DNA of 64,000 nt from an uncultured Bacteroidales bacterium (GTDB taxonomy: Bacteria; Bacteroidota; Bacteroidia; Bacteroidales; JAGOPY01), in assembly GCA_964567785.1 (NCBI GenBank), contig CAZMOK010000007.1, positions 4,254 to 68,253 of the forward strand, given 5' to 3'. Made by a program: the position numbers and the translations under genes. How positions within the stretch are numbered: position 1 is the first letter of the stretch; each line of letters begins with the position of its first letter. Positions 35,335 through 45,571 of the stretch are shown here, in pieces. Under the pieces are notes generated by a model that was not told where the DNA came from, did no database searches, and saw nothing but the letters and a program-made list of their open reading frames with translations.

Positions 35335-36633
35335 TTGATGAAAAAAAATATCACCCTCATTATCCTGGTCACTTATGCATCTCTTCTGGGGATAGCCATA
35401 ACCCAGGTTTACTGGGTGAAGAAAGCTTACGACCTGAAAGAGGAACAATTCAGTAACTCAGTGCTCATTGCCCTGAAAAGTGTGGCTAACCAATTGCAAA
35501 TGCGATATTCTCTTGAGCTTGTTGATGCGGATGACAGCTCCCCCTGGTCGAATATCCCTAAAATTGAGCAGGTAAAGAAAGAACACCTTGTAACTTCCAT
35601 AAAGGATGAGTTTAGCTGCATGAAGATCATAGATAATTACTATTATGCAATTATCGACAGAAAGGAGGACACAATAGTAACCGGTAATTATGGTAATTAT
35701 AATCAAGAGATCATTGATTCTAAACACCAGTTACGCCTTACCGGTTTCCGTGACTCCGACAGGTATGCACTGTCTGCCTATTTCTCCAACCAGAGCAGTA
35801 TCATCCTTATCGACATGTTGTTATGGCTGGTGCTTACAGTGGTATTCCTGATAGTCATCATGTTAGCCTTCTACTTTACGATCAATTTTTTCCTCAGGCA
35901 AAAGAATTTATCGGAAATGAAAACCGATTTTTTTAACAACATGACCCATGAGCTCAAAACCCCTATCTCAACCATATCGCTCGCCAGTGAAATGCTTATG
36001 GGAAAGAAGATCTATGAAGACCCTAACAAAACTAAAAGGTACGCTTCAGTGATATTTGATGAAAATGCCCGGCTACAACACCATGTTGAGCATATATTAA
36101 ATATGACCCTGCTCGACAAGGGGGACCTGAAACTGAAAATAAAGGAGATCGATATCCATAAGATCCTTGTAAAAGCCGTAAGTAACTATAACCTCATAGT
36201 CAAGAAAAGGAATGGTGTGATCTTTACTGTTCTTTATGCAAAGAAATTCAATGTTTATGGCGACAGGGAACACCTCAGGAATGTTTTTACCAACCTCCTC
36301 GACAATGCCAACAAATATTCTCCCGAAAGTCCTGAGGTAACAGTAACCACTAAAAATGAAAACAATGGGATCATCATCTCCATTGAGGACAAAGGAATAG
36401 GAATAAGTCAGGAAAATAAGAGACTGATTTTCAAGAGGTTATACAGGGTCCCTACCGGCAATATATACGATGCCAAGGGCTTCGGACTGGGGCTTTTTTA
36501 TGTTAAGACCGTTATAGAAGCCCACAAGGGTACTGTAAAAGTAAGCAGTGAACTTGGAAAGGGAAGCAGATTTGATATATATTTACCTTTCGATATAAAA
36601 CCAGTGCACGATGATGAGCAAAACCAAAACTAA
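35335..36633 (+). CDS. Two-component sensor histidine kinase
   Basis: Two TM segments. H-box FFNNMTHELKTPIS, N box LLDNANKYS, G boxes EDKGIGI and GFGLGLFYV. Confidence 0.85.
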   Translation: MMKKNITLIILVTYASLLGIAITQVYWVKKAYDLKEEQFSNSVLIALKSVANQLQMRYSLELVDADDSSPWSNIPKIEQVKKEHLVTSIKDEFSCMKIIDNYYYAIIDRKEDTIVTGNYGNYNQEIIDSKHQLRLTGFRDSDRYALSAYFSNQSSIILIDMLLWLVLTVVFLIVIMLAFYFTINFFLRQKNLSEMKTDFFNNMTHELKTPISTISLASEMLMGKKIYEDPNKTKRYASVIFDENARLQHHVEHILNMTLLDKGDLKLKIKEIDIHKILVKAVSNYNLIVKKRNGVIFTVLYAKKFNVYGDREHLRNVFTNLLDNANKYSPESPEVTVTTKNENNGIIISIEDKGIGISQENKRLIFKRLYRVPTGNIYDAKGFGLGLFYVKTVIEAHKGTVKVSSELGKGSRFDIYLPFDIKPVHDDEQNQN

Positions 36634-37321
36634 AGTACTGCTTGTTGAGGATGATCCCAACCTCAGCCTCGTGCTGCAGGATTATCTTGAGATGCTAAAC
36701 TATGATATCGTCCTCTGTAAAGATGGCGAAGAGGGCTATCATGCATTTAACGACAATGATTTTTCTCTTTGCGTCCTTGATATAATGATGCCGAAGAAAG
36801 ACGGCTTTACGCTGGCCGAGGAAATCAGGCAGATCGACAAAACAGTACCTATCATTTTTCTTACAGCAAAATCTTTGAAGGAAGACCGCATTAGAGGTTT
36901 CAGGACAGGATGTGACGATTACATTACAAAGCCCTTCAGCACAGAAGAACTGAGCCTCAGGATAGAAGCTATACTTAAAAGATGTGAGACCCAGCAGGAG
37001 ATCATTAATTCTGCCGGTAAACAGAAGATCTATAATATCGGAAGATATGAATTCGATTCAGAAAACATGATCCTGCGCAAGGGGGAACAGGATAAAACTC
37101 TTACAAGAAAAGAGAATGCATTGCTTAAACTTCTCTGTGAGCATCAGAACAAACTGCTGACCCGCGAAACAGCCCTTAAGTCGGTCTGGGGCGATGATGA
37201 CTATTTTATCGGAAGGAGCATGGATGTTTTTATCGCCAAGCTGAGAAAGTACCTGAAAGACGACCCCAGCATTTCCATAAAGAATATACACGGGACCGGT
37301 TTCAAGCTCGAGATCAAGTAA
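36611..37321 (+). CDS. OmpR/PhoB-type response regulator
   Basis: Receiver (VLLVEDD...LDIMMPKKDG...LTAK) plus winged-helix output (LTRKENALLKLL...). Overlaps the kinase gene by 23 nt. Confidence 0.9.
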   Translation: MMSKTKTKVLLVEDDPNLSLVLQDYLEMLNYDIVLCKDGEEGYHAFNDNDFSLCVLDIMMPKKDGFTLAEEIRQIDKTVPIIFLTAKSLKEDRIRGFRTGCDDYITKPFSTEELSLRIEAILKRCETQQEIINSAGKQKIYNIGRYEFDSENMILRKGEQDKTLTRKENALLKLLCEHQNKLLTRETALKSVWGDDDYFIGRSMDVFIAKLRKYLKDDPSISIKNIHGTGFKLEIK

Positions 37322-37348
37322 GATTGAAAGAAAAACTGACTTAAGAAA

Positions 37349-39481
37349 TTACTTTTTATAAACTCCAAGTTGGTCAAGTAAGAAAGCGTATTCAAGGGCA
37401 GTTTCTTTAAAACGCTCAAAACGTCCTGATGCACCTCCGTGCCCAAAATCCATATTTGTGTAAAGCAAGAGCGGGTACTCACCGGTGTTGAGGTCCCGTA
37501 GCTTAGCAATCCACTTGGCAGGTTCCCAGTACTGTACCTGTGAATCATGAAAACCTGTAATTATGAGCATGGCAGGATATGACTGTGCTTTCACATTGTC
37601 GTATGGCGAATACGACAGCATATACTTATAGTACTTCTCCTCGTTAGGGTTTCCCCATTCATCATACTCACCCGTTGTAAGAGGTATCGATTCATCCAGC
37701 ATGGTCGTAACAACGTCAACAAAAGGAACTGCTGCAATGGCAGCCCTGAATAACCCTGGCTCCATATTCACCACTGCGCCGATCAGCAATCCACCGGCAC
37801 TTCCTCCCATAACGGCCATTTTGTCGCTGCTTGTATAATCCTTTTCGATAAGATACTTCCCACAATCGATGAAGTCAGTGAATGTATTCTTCTTTTTAAG
37901 TAGTTTTCCGTTTTCATACCAGTCACGTCCCAGTTCCTCCCCTCCCCTTATGTGGGCAAGAGCAAAAACGAATCCCCTGTCGAGAAGGCTGAGCCTCACT
38001 GAGCTGAAGTATGGGTCCATGCTGGCACCGTACGAACCATACCCATAAAGTAATAGCGGATTGCTGCCATCTTTTTTGAGGCCCTTTTTGTAAACTACAG
38101 AAAGAGGTATCCTGGTTCCGTCATCCGCTTCGGCCCATAAACGCTCGGTAAAGTAACCCTCCGGCTCATATCCGCCAACAACCTCCTGTTGCTTGAGCAA
38201 TTCTCTGTCGCGTGTTCTCATATTGAAATCGTAAACCGTATTGGGGGTGGTCATGGAGGTATATCCTATTCTCAGCAACTCACTGTCGAAATCGGGATTC
38301 ATTGAGAAGTATGTAAGATAGACCTGCTCTTTGAAATCAATATAATAATCCTCATTCTTATTCTGGTTGATGACCCTTATCCGGGTAAGACCATTATCCC
38401 GCTCGAGCAGGGAAAGATACCCTTTGAAAAGCTCGAAATCTTCCAACAATACATCCTCCCTGTGAGGGATCACTTCTTTCCAGTTATCGATCCCGGTCTC
38501 TTTCTCACTCACTTCCATCAGCCTGAAATTCCGAGCTTTATGGTTTGTGCGTATATAGAACTTGTCTTCGAAGTGACCTATGTAATATTCAAGGTCTTTT
38601 TTCCTGGGCTGAAAAACTGCCGGTTCGGTATACGGTCTGTCAGCCTTCAGGAACCTGTATTCAGTTGATAGTGTGCTGAAGCTTCCTATGATTATATACT
38701 TTCTCGATTTGGATTTATAAACCCCTGTGGTGAAGGCCGGATCTGATTCGTGGTAAACCAGTTCATCGGTATTTTGTTTTGTTCCGATCCTGTGCCTCCA
38801 GATCTTCTCTGGCCTCAGCGTCTCGTCACGGGTCACATAAAAGAGTGTTTCATTATCGTTGGCCCAGTCGAGGTTACCCGATGTGCCTTCCAGTTTTCCG
38901 GGAAGTATCTCCCCGGTTGTGAGGTCTTTGACAAAAACATCATAGATCCTCCTGCTGAGGGTGTCCACCGAAAATGCAAGCAGGTTGTTGTTGCTGCTCA
39001 CCTTGAGGCTTCCCACCTGGTAATAACTGTAACCTTCGGCCATTTTATTCACATCAAGCATGATTTCCTCCCCTGCCTCAAGAGTGCCTTTTTTCCTGCA
39101 GAATATAGGGTACTCCTTGCCTTCCTCATATCTTGTGTAGTAATAGTAGCCGTTCAGCTTGTAAGGTACCGACATATCAGTCTGCTTAATCCTCCCCACA
39201 ATTTCATCATAGAGTTCTTCCTGCAATTCCCCGGTATGTTGCATAACCGCTTTTGTGTATTCATTCTCCTCATCCAGGTATGCTTTAACCTCAGGGTTTT
39301 CCCTTTCATTCATCCAGTAGTAGGGATCAATCCTGGTATCACCATGAATGGTAAGTTCTTTATTGATCTTCTTTGCGTCGGGAGCTTTCATAGAAATCTC
39401 TTTTTTTCCGTTGTTACATGATGTAAATGGCAGTACTGCGAGGATAAGCAGCAAATACCTGTAAGAAATACCGGTTTTCAT
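37349..39481 (-). CDS. S9A prolyl oligopeptidase-family serine peptidase (oligopeptidase B-like), lipoprotein
   Basis: DPYYWMNERENPEV N-terminal motif, beta-propeller region, and catalytic GGSAGGLL, D and H in the C-terminal domain. 710 aa. Confidence 0.85.
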   Translation of the reverse strand: MKTGISYRYLLLILAVLPFTSCNNGKKEISMKAPDAKKINKELTIHGDTRIDPYYWMNERENPEVKAYLDEENEYTKAVMQHTGELQEELYDEIVGRIKQTDMSVPYKLNGYYYYTRYEEGKEYPIFCRKKGTLEAGEEIMLDVNKMAEGYSYYQVGSLKVSSNNNLLAFSVDTLSRRIYDVFVKDLTTGEILPGKLEGTSGNLDWANDNETLFYVTRDETLRPEKIWRHRIGTKQNTDELVYHESDPAFTTGVYKSKSRKYIIIGSFSTLSTEYRFLKADRPYTEPAVFQPRKKDLEYYIGHFEDKFYIRTNHKARNFRLMEVSEKETGIDNWKEVIPHREDVLLEDFELFKGYLSLLERDNGLTRIRVINQNKNEDYYIDFKEQVYLTYFSMNPDFDSELLRIGYTSMTTPNTVYDFNMRTRDRELLKQQEVVGGYEPEGYFTERLWAEADDGTRIPLSVVYKKGLKKDGSNPLLLYGYGSYGASMDPYFSSVRLSLLDRGFVFALAHIRGGEELGRDWYENGKLLKKKNTFTDFIDCGKYLIEKDYTSSDKMAVMGGSAGGLLIGAVVNMEPGLFRAAIAAVPFVDVVTTMLDESIPLTTGEYDEWGNPNEEKYYKYMLSYSPYDNVKAQSYPAMLIITGFHDSQVQYWEPAKWIAKLRDLNTGEYPLLLYTNMDFGHGGASGRFERFKETALEYAFLLDQLGVYKK

Positions 39482-39505
39482 ATTGGCCTGATCGTTGATT
39501 ATACA

Positions 39506-41818
39506 TTAAAAACGCCAGGTAACGCCCAGGCTGGGCATTATCGGTAGCTGGTAAATCGTCTCCTGCGTAAGACGGTCGATGTAAAAAACATTCTTCCTGT
39601 TATATACGTTCACCACACTGGCATCAACTTCTATGGATGAACGTGCGCTTAAAAGGAATTTCTTTTTTATGTTGATGTCGAGGCGGTGATAATCAGAAAG
39701 CCTCCCTTCGTTAAGATCGGCATACAGAAAGCCCAGTTCACCGTTCTGGTCGGTATAATCGGTGTAAACATTATCAAAGTTGATCTTCTCATAATAGCCC
39801 AGGGTTTGCGTGAACGGGAAAGCGGTTCCAAGGTTCCACCTGCCGCTGATCTCCCAGTCGAATTTATCACCGAGTATTACGGTGGCCACCAGGTTCACAT
39901 TATGCCTCCTATCGAAATGGGGATGATAATGCTCCAGCTCACCTTCAATATTTTCATAGTATCTGTCGACAATGCCATAAGAGTAAACCGCCCAGAGGTT
40001 GTAACGCCTTTCCTCGTATTTAAGCGTAAAGTCTATGCCATAAGCATTTCCCTTTTCTATGATAAAATCTTTTTTAAGAAGGTCAGGTTTTTCAGGAGCT
40101 TTGTTTTCATCAAATATTTTGTTCCTGTTAAGGTTGGTAAGCTGGTTAAAGTACTTGTAGTATCCTTCCACATTAGCTTTGAGATTACTTGAAAGATCGG
40201 CTTCAAATCCAAGGATAAGGTGGGATGCTTTTTGCAGTTTTGAAGTTACCTCATCACCGTCGAACCTTGCCGGAAGGTTATCAGGTCCCGACAGGAAGCC
40301 GTAGAAAAGGTTCACAACATCTCGGTCGGACCTGGCACTGATCAAATTTTGGGAATACATACCCCCGGCAAATTTGATCCTGAAAGCATCAGTGGCATTG
40401 TATTTTATTGCCAGCCTTGGCTCGGGCGACATCTCCGAGAGGGAGGCGTACCATTGCAGCCTGAAACCCGGTTCTATTATAAATTTCCCAACAACTGCTT
40501 TATATTTTAAGAAAGCAGCTATTTCGGTGGTGTTTTGTCGTTGCTGGATTACCCTGTTGGCTGCATTTATAAAATAATAATCAGTGGTAAACCCCAGAAG
40601 CTGTATACCATACTTCAGTTCGTTCCTTCCGAAGAAATATGAAAAATCGAGCCCAACGTCAAATCCATTTATCGAACTTGTCCTTTCAGGGCTCACGTCT
40701 TCGGTAAGTGCCATCTTGTATTCGCTGTAGGCTATGTGCCCTTCTATTAGCACCGGTGAACGCCCTGGAATGACCAGGAAGTTTGTGCCAAAGCCGGTGG
40801 ATTTCCAGTTGAAGTCTGAAATCGCCTTGAAATCATCCACATTGTCCCTGTAATGAAAGCCATAGAAATTCACTTTACTGCCGTTCTTTGAGTTGAGAGT
40901 CAGTTTGCCGTATATATCGGTGAAATTAAATGGAAGGCCGTTTGTATCTGCGTAATCATAAAGGGTTTTGGATGTTTCCTTAAGGTATGAGTTCTTGAAA
41001 GAAAGTATGAAAGATGAGCCGCCGCCCGATTCGTTCTTTACAGGATTGACAATCGGGCCTTCCACCAGCAGTCCGGCCCCGAAAGTACTGGCGGAAACCT
41101 TACCTGAAATATGTTGAGCATTGCCGTCGCGTGTCCGTATATCCATCACAGATGATATCCTGCCGCCGTATTCAGCGCCGAAACCTCCGGTATAAATATC
41201 CGCCGTCCTGATAATGTCAGTCTCAAAAACAGAGAAAAGACCTATTGAATGGAATGCCTTGTAAAGGGTCATTCCATCAAGCAATACCTTGTTCTGAATG
41301 GGGGAACCTCCCCGTATATAGAGCTCGCCACCCTGGTCACCGGTAAATACTACCCCCGGTAAAACCTGGAGGTACTGGGCCAGGTCGGGCTGGCCACCAA
41401 TGGAGGGTATCTGGTTGATCTCCTTTGGGGTGATCTTGACAACTGAAGTCCTGGTCTCGGTTGTGGCTTCTATCCTTTCAGCCGACACATTAAAAGTCTT
41501 GAGGTTCACCGTGCCTCCGGTAAGATAGATCTGTTCCGTGATGATATCATCGGCCTGAACATAAACAGGCATTCTGAGTGTATCAAAACCAAGATAGGTT
41601 ACCATGAGCGTGTACTCGCCCGGCGGAATTTTTGAGATCTGGAAATACCCGTTTACATCTGTTGAAGCGCCAAAGGTTGTGTTCTGAAGATACACATTGG
41701 TATATATGACAGGTTCCCCGGTGCTTTTTTCATATACGAACCCCCTAATAATACCCGTTTGAGAAAGTAAAATGTTCGAAATAAGAGTAAAGAAAGCGAT
41801 AAGCAGTAATTTTCTCAT
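39506..41818 (-). CDS. TonB-dependent receptor with carboxypeptidase-regulatory-like N-terminal domain
   Basis: GIIRGFVYEKSTGEPV...PGEYTLMVTYLGF (CarbopepD_reg-like). Plug (DLAQYLQVLPGV, IRGG). Beta-barrel ending ...SLGVTWRF. Confidence 0.85.
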   Translation of the reverse strand: MRKLLLIAFFTLISNILLSQTGIIRGFVYEKSTGEPVIYTNVYLQNTTFGASTDVNGYFQISKIPPGEYTLMVTYLGFDTLRMPVYVQADDIITEQIYLTGGTVNLKTFNVSAERIEATTETRTSVVKITPKEINQIPSIGGQPDLAQYLQVLPGVVFTGDQGGELYIRGGSPIQNKVLLDGMTLYKAFHSIGLFSVFETDIIRTADIYTGGFGAEYGGRISSVMDIRTRDGNAQHISGKVSASTFGAGLLVEGPIVNPVKNESGGGSSFILSFKNSYLKETSKTLYDYADTNGLPFNFTDIYGKLTLNSKNGSKVNFYGFHYRDNVDDFKAISDFNWKSTGFGTNFLVIPGRSPVLIEGHIAYSEYKMALTEDVSPERTSSINGFDVGLDFSYFFGRNELKYGIQLLGFTTDYYFINAANRVIQQRQNTTEIAAFLKYKAVVGKFIIEPGFRLQWYASLSEMSPEPRLAIKYNATDAFRIKFAGGMYSQNLISARSDRDVVNLFYGFLSGPDNLPARFDGDEVTSKLQKASHLILGFEADLSSNLKANVEGYYKYFNQLTNLNRNKIFDENKAPEKPDLLKKDFIIEKGNAYGIDFTLKYEERRYNLWAVYSYGIVDRYYENIEGELEHYHPHFDRRHNVNLVATVILGDKFDWEISGRWNLGTAFPFTQTLGYYEKINFDNVYTDYTDQNGELGFLYADLNEGRLSDYHRLDINIKKKFLLSARSSIEVDASVVNVYNRKNVFYIDRLTQETIYQLPIMPSLGVTWRF

Positions 41819-41952
41819 CAGACACTAACTATTTTTAGCAGAATGTACAAAAATAGACAAATAATAGGTCTGACGATCCTAAAATACAAATCAATTCAGG
41901 AAATGGATATCACACGCAAGTATCCGGTACTGGTGCATATCCGGAATACCTC

Positions 41953-42879
41953 TCAATACCTTCGTATTGTCAGGCTCGATACGGCGACCTCTACATTGAT
42001 AACGAAGTTCTTTTCAGCATCTTCAAAATTATCGGTTACGTAGGTTCCTGATGTTACTTTGGTAAAATCATCAAGGTTCTTTGCTGTCAGCACAGCATCT
42101 GTATTGAGTTCACAAGCGGCAGTTTCAGGTATCCTCACGGTAATTGAGGTAACACCTGCATTGATATTTACTGTGGTTGTAGTATAGAGTTCTCCAAGAT
42201 AGATATCCACTGACGAGGCACCCCCGTCGATGTTTAATTCTTTTATCTGGAAATCCCTTAAGTCGAGATCTATCTCTGCGGCCCCTACATCGATGTTCAT
42301 ATCCCATACCGGAGTGGGGTTAAGGCTTAGGTTTACCTCATTCCTGATACTCCTTCGGTTGCCCCTGACTTTGTCAAGTGTAATATGCACTTCTTTCCTG
42401 CTGCCCATATCCTTAAGCGAGTAGCTGTACTGGCCCAGGTTGCCCTCTTTTTCAAACTCAAAAAGGTCGCTTGTGATCCCATCAATATTGAAATCACCCG
42501 CTGCAGCGTCAAAATCAAGCAGAGCCTCGGTTGTGACCGGATCAAAAGCCTCCGAGATCTGTTGGTCCTCAAGTCGTCTTCCTTCTCGTTCCTCTGTCCT
42601 GTCCGACCTTGATTCCCATCGAATGTCGAAAGGCCACCGGGGGCCCCAGGAGGGATTTGAGATCAATATCAGGGCAGCGATAAGGACCGTTACCAGGGAT
42701 AATAACACTTTGATCCCTGCCTTGACAGGCAGGATCGAAATTCCTATAAACACAAGCAGCACCGGCCACAAACGCCACATATCCCACCAGCTGAAATAGA
42801 TGAGGTCGAGATTTTTAAGCAGGAACAATGCCCCTATGGCAACGAGCAAGATCCCCCAGAATGCATTCTTAAAGCTCAT
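41953..42879 (-). CDS. LiaF/LiaI-like membrane protein with a C-terminal beta-rich (toastrack-like) domain
   Basis: N-terminal W-rich TM pair (FWGILLVAIGALFLLKNL...WRLWPVLLVFIGISIL). Repetitive beta-strand C-terminal half. Adjacent to a PspC-domain gene. Confidence 0.45.
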   Translation of the reverse strand: MSFKNAFWGILLVAIGALFLLKNLDLIYFSWWDMWRLWPVLLVFIGISILPVKAGIKVLLSLVTVLIAALILISNPSWGPRWPFDIRWESRSDRTEEREGRRLEDQQISEAFDPVTTEALLDFDAAAGDFNIDGITSDLFEFEKEGNLGQYSYSLKDMGSRKEVHITLDKVRGNRRSIRNEVNLSLNPTPVWDMNIDVGAAEIDLDLRDFQIKELNIDGGASSVDIYLGELYTTTTVNINAGVTSITVRIPETAACELNTDAVLTAKNLDDFTKVTSGTYVTDNFEDAEKNFVINVEVAVSSLTIRRY

Positions 42880-42885
42880 GGCTGG

Positions 42886-43347
42886 TTATTTTGATTTAAC
42901 ATAACTGTTCCGGATCAGTACAATCCCTGCAACCACGAGTATCAATGGCCAGAGGTCGGCAAAGTCGATCCACCTCACCCACCTTTCCAGCAGAAAGATG
43001 GCGCCCAGGGCTATCAATATGATTCCTGCGATGAGGTTTCCGTCGTTTTTCTGTTTGGGCGGAGCATTTGGTGTTGCCCTTTTTTCACGTTCAGGATTTG
43101 TTTTGGGTTCTGTTTCCATGTTTCTTGAATTTTCAGAATATGATTGAGCCTGGTTTAATCTTTCTTCCGGAAGCACAATCCACAGAATTATATAAAGCAA
43201 TAGGCCTGAACCGCCAAAAATCAATAACAGAACAAAGATCAGCCTGACAACGACCGGATCAATATTCAGTGAATTGGCAATTCCTGCTGCCACACCTCCG
43301 ATAACCACATCGGTACGGCTCCTGTATATCCCTTTGTGATTTTCCAT
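42886..43347 (-). CDS. PspC-domain membrane protein
   Basis: IYRSRTDVVIGGVAAGIANSLNIDPVVVRLIFVLL is a typical PspC domain. Two further TM segments. Confidence 0.8.
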   Translation of the reverse strand: MENHKGIYRSRTDVVIGGVAAGIANSLNIDPVVVRLIFVLLLIFGGSGLLLYIILWIVLPEERLNQAQSYSENSRNMETEPKTNPEREKRATPNAPPKQKNDGNLIAGIILIALGAIFLLERWVRWIDFADLWPLILVVAGIVLIRNSYVKSK

Positions 43348-43463
43348 TCTAAATTCTGCGAATTAAAGTTAACCAATTATTTGACGCCGGAACGGGAAAT
43401 AAGGTTACAAAAAAAGCTGCCTGTCGATCAGGCAGCTTTCTTAAAGATTGATAATCAGTTATT

Positions 43464-44273
43464 TTACTTTTTCTTAACGGCTTCGGCAATTTCCGAATCC
43501 ACGAGAATACGACCACAATACTCACAAACAATGATCTTTTTATGCATCCTTATATCAAGCTGGTGCTGCGGCGGGATCTTGTTAAAACAACCCCCACAGG
43601 CATCCCTTTCGATAGGTACCACAGCAAGGCCATTCCTTGCATTCTTGCGTATCCGGTTGTATGCCGTGTAAAGCCTTTCATCTATCTCCTTTTTCAGGTT
43701 CTCCGAAGTCTTGGCCACATCCTTTTCGTCCTTTTCGGTTTCCTCGATGATGTCATCCAGTTCCGATTTCTTTACATCCAGATCTTTTCTCCTCTCAGAG
43801 AGGATCTCTTCAGCGCTGGCAATTTCTTCTTTCCGCTTTTCAAGCGATTCTGAATATTCATTGATCCTTTTTTCTGCAAGCTGGATTTCCAGTGACTGGA
43901 ATTCTATCTCCTTGCTCAGCGAGTCGTACTCCCTGTTGTTCCTTACATTCATCTGCTGTTCTTCATATCTTTTTATCAGGGCTTCACTGTCTTTGATCGA
44001 CTGTTTCTTGTCGTTTATCGACTGTTCAAGGGATTCCACTTCCGATTTGTAGTTATCGATCCTTGTTTCAAGACCTATGATCTCATCTTCAAGATCCTGT
44101 ACCTCAAGAGGCAGCTCCCCCCTGATCATCCTGATCTTATCGATCTGGGAATCGAGCTGCTGAATTTTGTACAGGGAAACCAGCGTGTTCTCAACCTTTT
44201 TCTTTACCGCTTCGTCGGTTGGTTCTTCTTGTTTTATGGTCGTTACACCCTTTGAATCCACCTTCTTTGCCAT
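43464..44273 (-). CDS. Coiled-coil protein with C-terminal C4 zinc ribbon (COG1579/DUF164-like)
   Basis: Long heptad-rich region, then CGGC...CEYCGRIL. Commonly found next to Nif3. Confidence 0.7.
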   Translation of the reverse strand: MAKKVDSKGVTTIKQEEPTDEAVKKKVENTLVSLYKIQQLDSQIDKIRMIRGELPLEVQDLEDEIIGLETRIDNYKSEVESLEQSINDKKQSIKDSEALIKRYEEQQMNVRNNREYDSLSKEIEFQSLEIQLAEKRINEYSESLEKRKEEIASAEEILSERRKDLDVKKSELDDIIEETEKDEKDVAKTSENLKKEIDERLYTAYNRIRKNARNGLAVVPIERDACGGCFNKIPPQHQLDIRMHKKIIVCEYCGRILVDSEIAEAVKKK

Positions 44274-44276
44274 ATT

Positions 44277-45371
44277 TCAGAGATAATTAACGGGATTTGT
44301 ATCAGTTTTCGAAATTCGGAGTGCAAAATTAGGAAATTTATCCTTAAGTATCCTAAAAATTAAATCTTTGGTGAACTGTTCACTCTCAAAATGCCCTACA
44401 TCGGCAATGATGATCTTGTGATCGGCGTCAAAAAACTGGTGATATTTAATATCGCCTGTCAGGAATACCTGCGCGCCGGATGCAATTGCCGGTGAGATGA
44501 GGAAGCTTCCCGAACCGCCACAGAATGCCACCCTTTTGACCTTTTCGTCCCTCAGAGCGGTATGCCTGATTACAGGAACCCCGAAAACCTCTTTCATTCT
44601 GGTGAGAAAATGCTCCTCACTCTCAGGATCAGCTAATTCACCCACCATACCGGCGCCCACAAACGGAAATTCATTTTCCAGGGGATATATGTCGTAAGCT
44701 ACCTCTTCATAAGGGTGAGACTCAAAAAGCGCCTTCAAGACCACCCTCTCCAGGTATTTAGGAAATATGGTCTCTATTCTGGCTTCTTTTTCATGGTGTA
44801 TTTTATCTATCTCGCCTACGAATGGATCTGCGCCTTCACCGGCCCTGAATGTACCGTAACCGTCTACATTATAGCTGCAACTGTCGTAATTGCCGATTAC
44901 TCCCGCACCGGCTTCGAACACGCCTTTTCTGACCTTTTCCGCATGGTCGTGCGGACAGAAAGTAACCAGCTTCCTGAGCAACCCTTTAACCGGTTTCAGT
45001 ATTGAGGGGTTCTTCAATCCAATTTTCTCTGCGATCATCGAATTCACCCCACCAGTAACATTATCGAGGTTGGTATGCACTCCGTAAAGTGCTACATCGT
45101 TCTTAATAGCTTTCATCACAATTCTGCCTAGCTGAGAATCTCCGTTGATACTTTTAAGCGGACCGAATATGACCGGATGATGGGATATTATCAGGGAACA
45201 GCCATTCATTACTGCTTCATCAACCACCTCCTCCGTAACATCAAGGGTTATTAAGGCTGATTCAATCTCCTGACCGGGTGAGCCTACCGAAAGTCCTGAA
45301 TTATCGTACGATTCCTGCAGGGAAAGTGGCGCCAGCTCCTCGATCGGCCTGATAAGTTCAGATATTTTCAT
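44277..45371 (-). CDS. Nif3-like dinuclear metal centre protein (GTP cyclohydrolase 1 type 2 homolog)
   Basis: LIISHHP, YGVHTNLD and GDIKYH motifs. 364 aa with an inserted PII-like domain. Confidence 0.85.
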   Translation of the reverse strand: MKISELIRPIEELAPLSLQESYDNSGLSVGSPGQEIESALITLDVTEEVVDEAVMNGCSLIISHHPVIFGPLKSINGDSQLGRIVMKAIKNDVALYGVHTNLDNVTGGVNSMIAEKIGLKNPSILKPVKGLLRKLVTFCPHDHAEKVRKGVFEAGAGVIGNYDSCSYNVDGYGTFRAGEGADPFVGEIDKIHHEKEARIETIFPKYLERVVLKALFESHPYEEVAYDIYPLENEFPFVGAGMVGELADPESEEHFLTRMKEVFGVPVIRHTALRDEKVKRVAFCGGSGSFLISPAIASGAQVFLTGDIKYHQFFDADHKIIIADVGHFESEQFTKDLIFRILKDKFPNFALRISKTDTNPVNYL

Positions 45372-45571
45372 TTCGTGATATTTTCCTCAAAGTTAACCAT
45401 AAATGAACAGCAGAAAGCACATATATATTATATTGGCTTCACATCTGCCTGATCTATTATCTGTCAGGATTTTATTGATTTGCGTATAGATTTGTTTATT
45501 ATTTACAATTATTTAAAGTTAACATTACTCATCCCTCCTATTTTATTTGTAAATTGCAGCCAATCGGATTC

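Noticed and set aside
38750-39421. 223-aa plus-strand ORF inside the S9 peptidase gene. Similar long antisense ORFs occur at 21458-21961, 39686-40192, 57797-58291, 12374-12784, 3619-4041 and 4982-5362.
   Set aside because: Each lies wholly antisense to a gene with strong family motifs. Their sequences are low-complexity or hydrophobic with no recognisable motifs. They are typical shadow ORFs.
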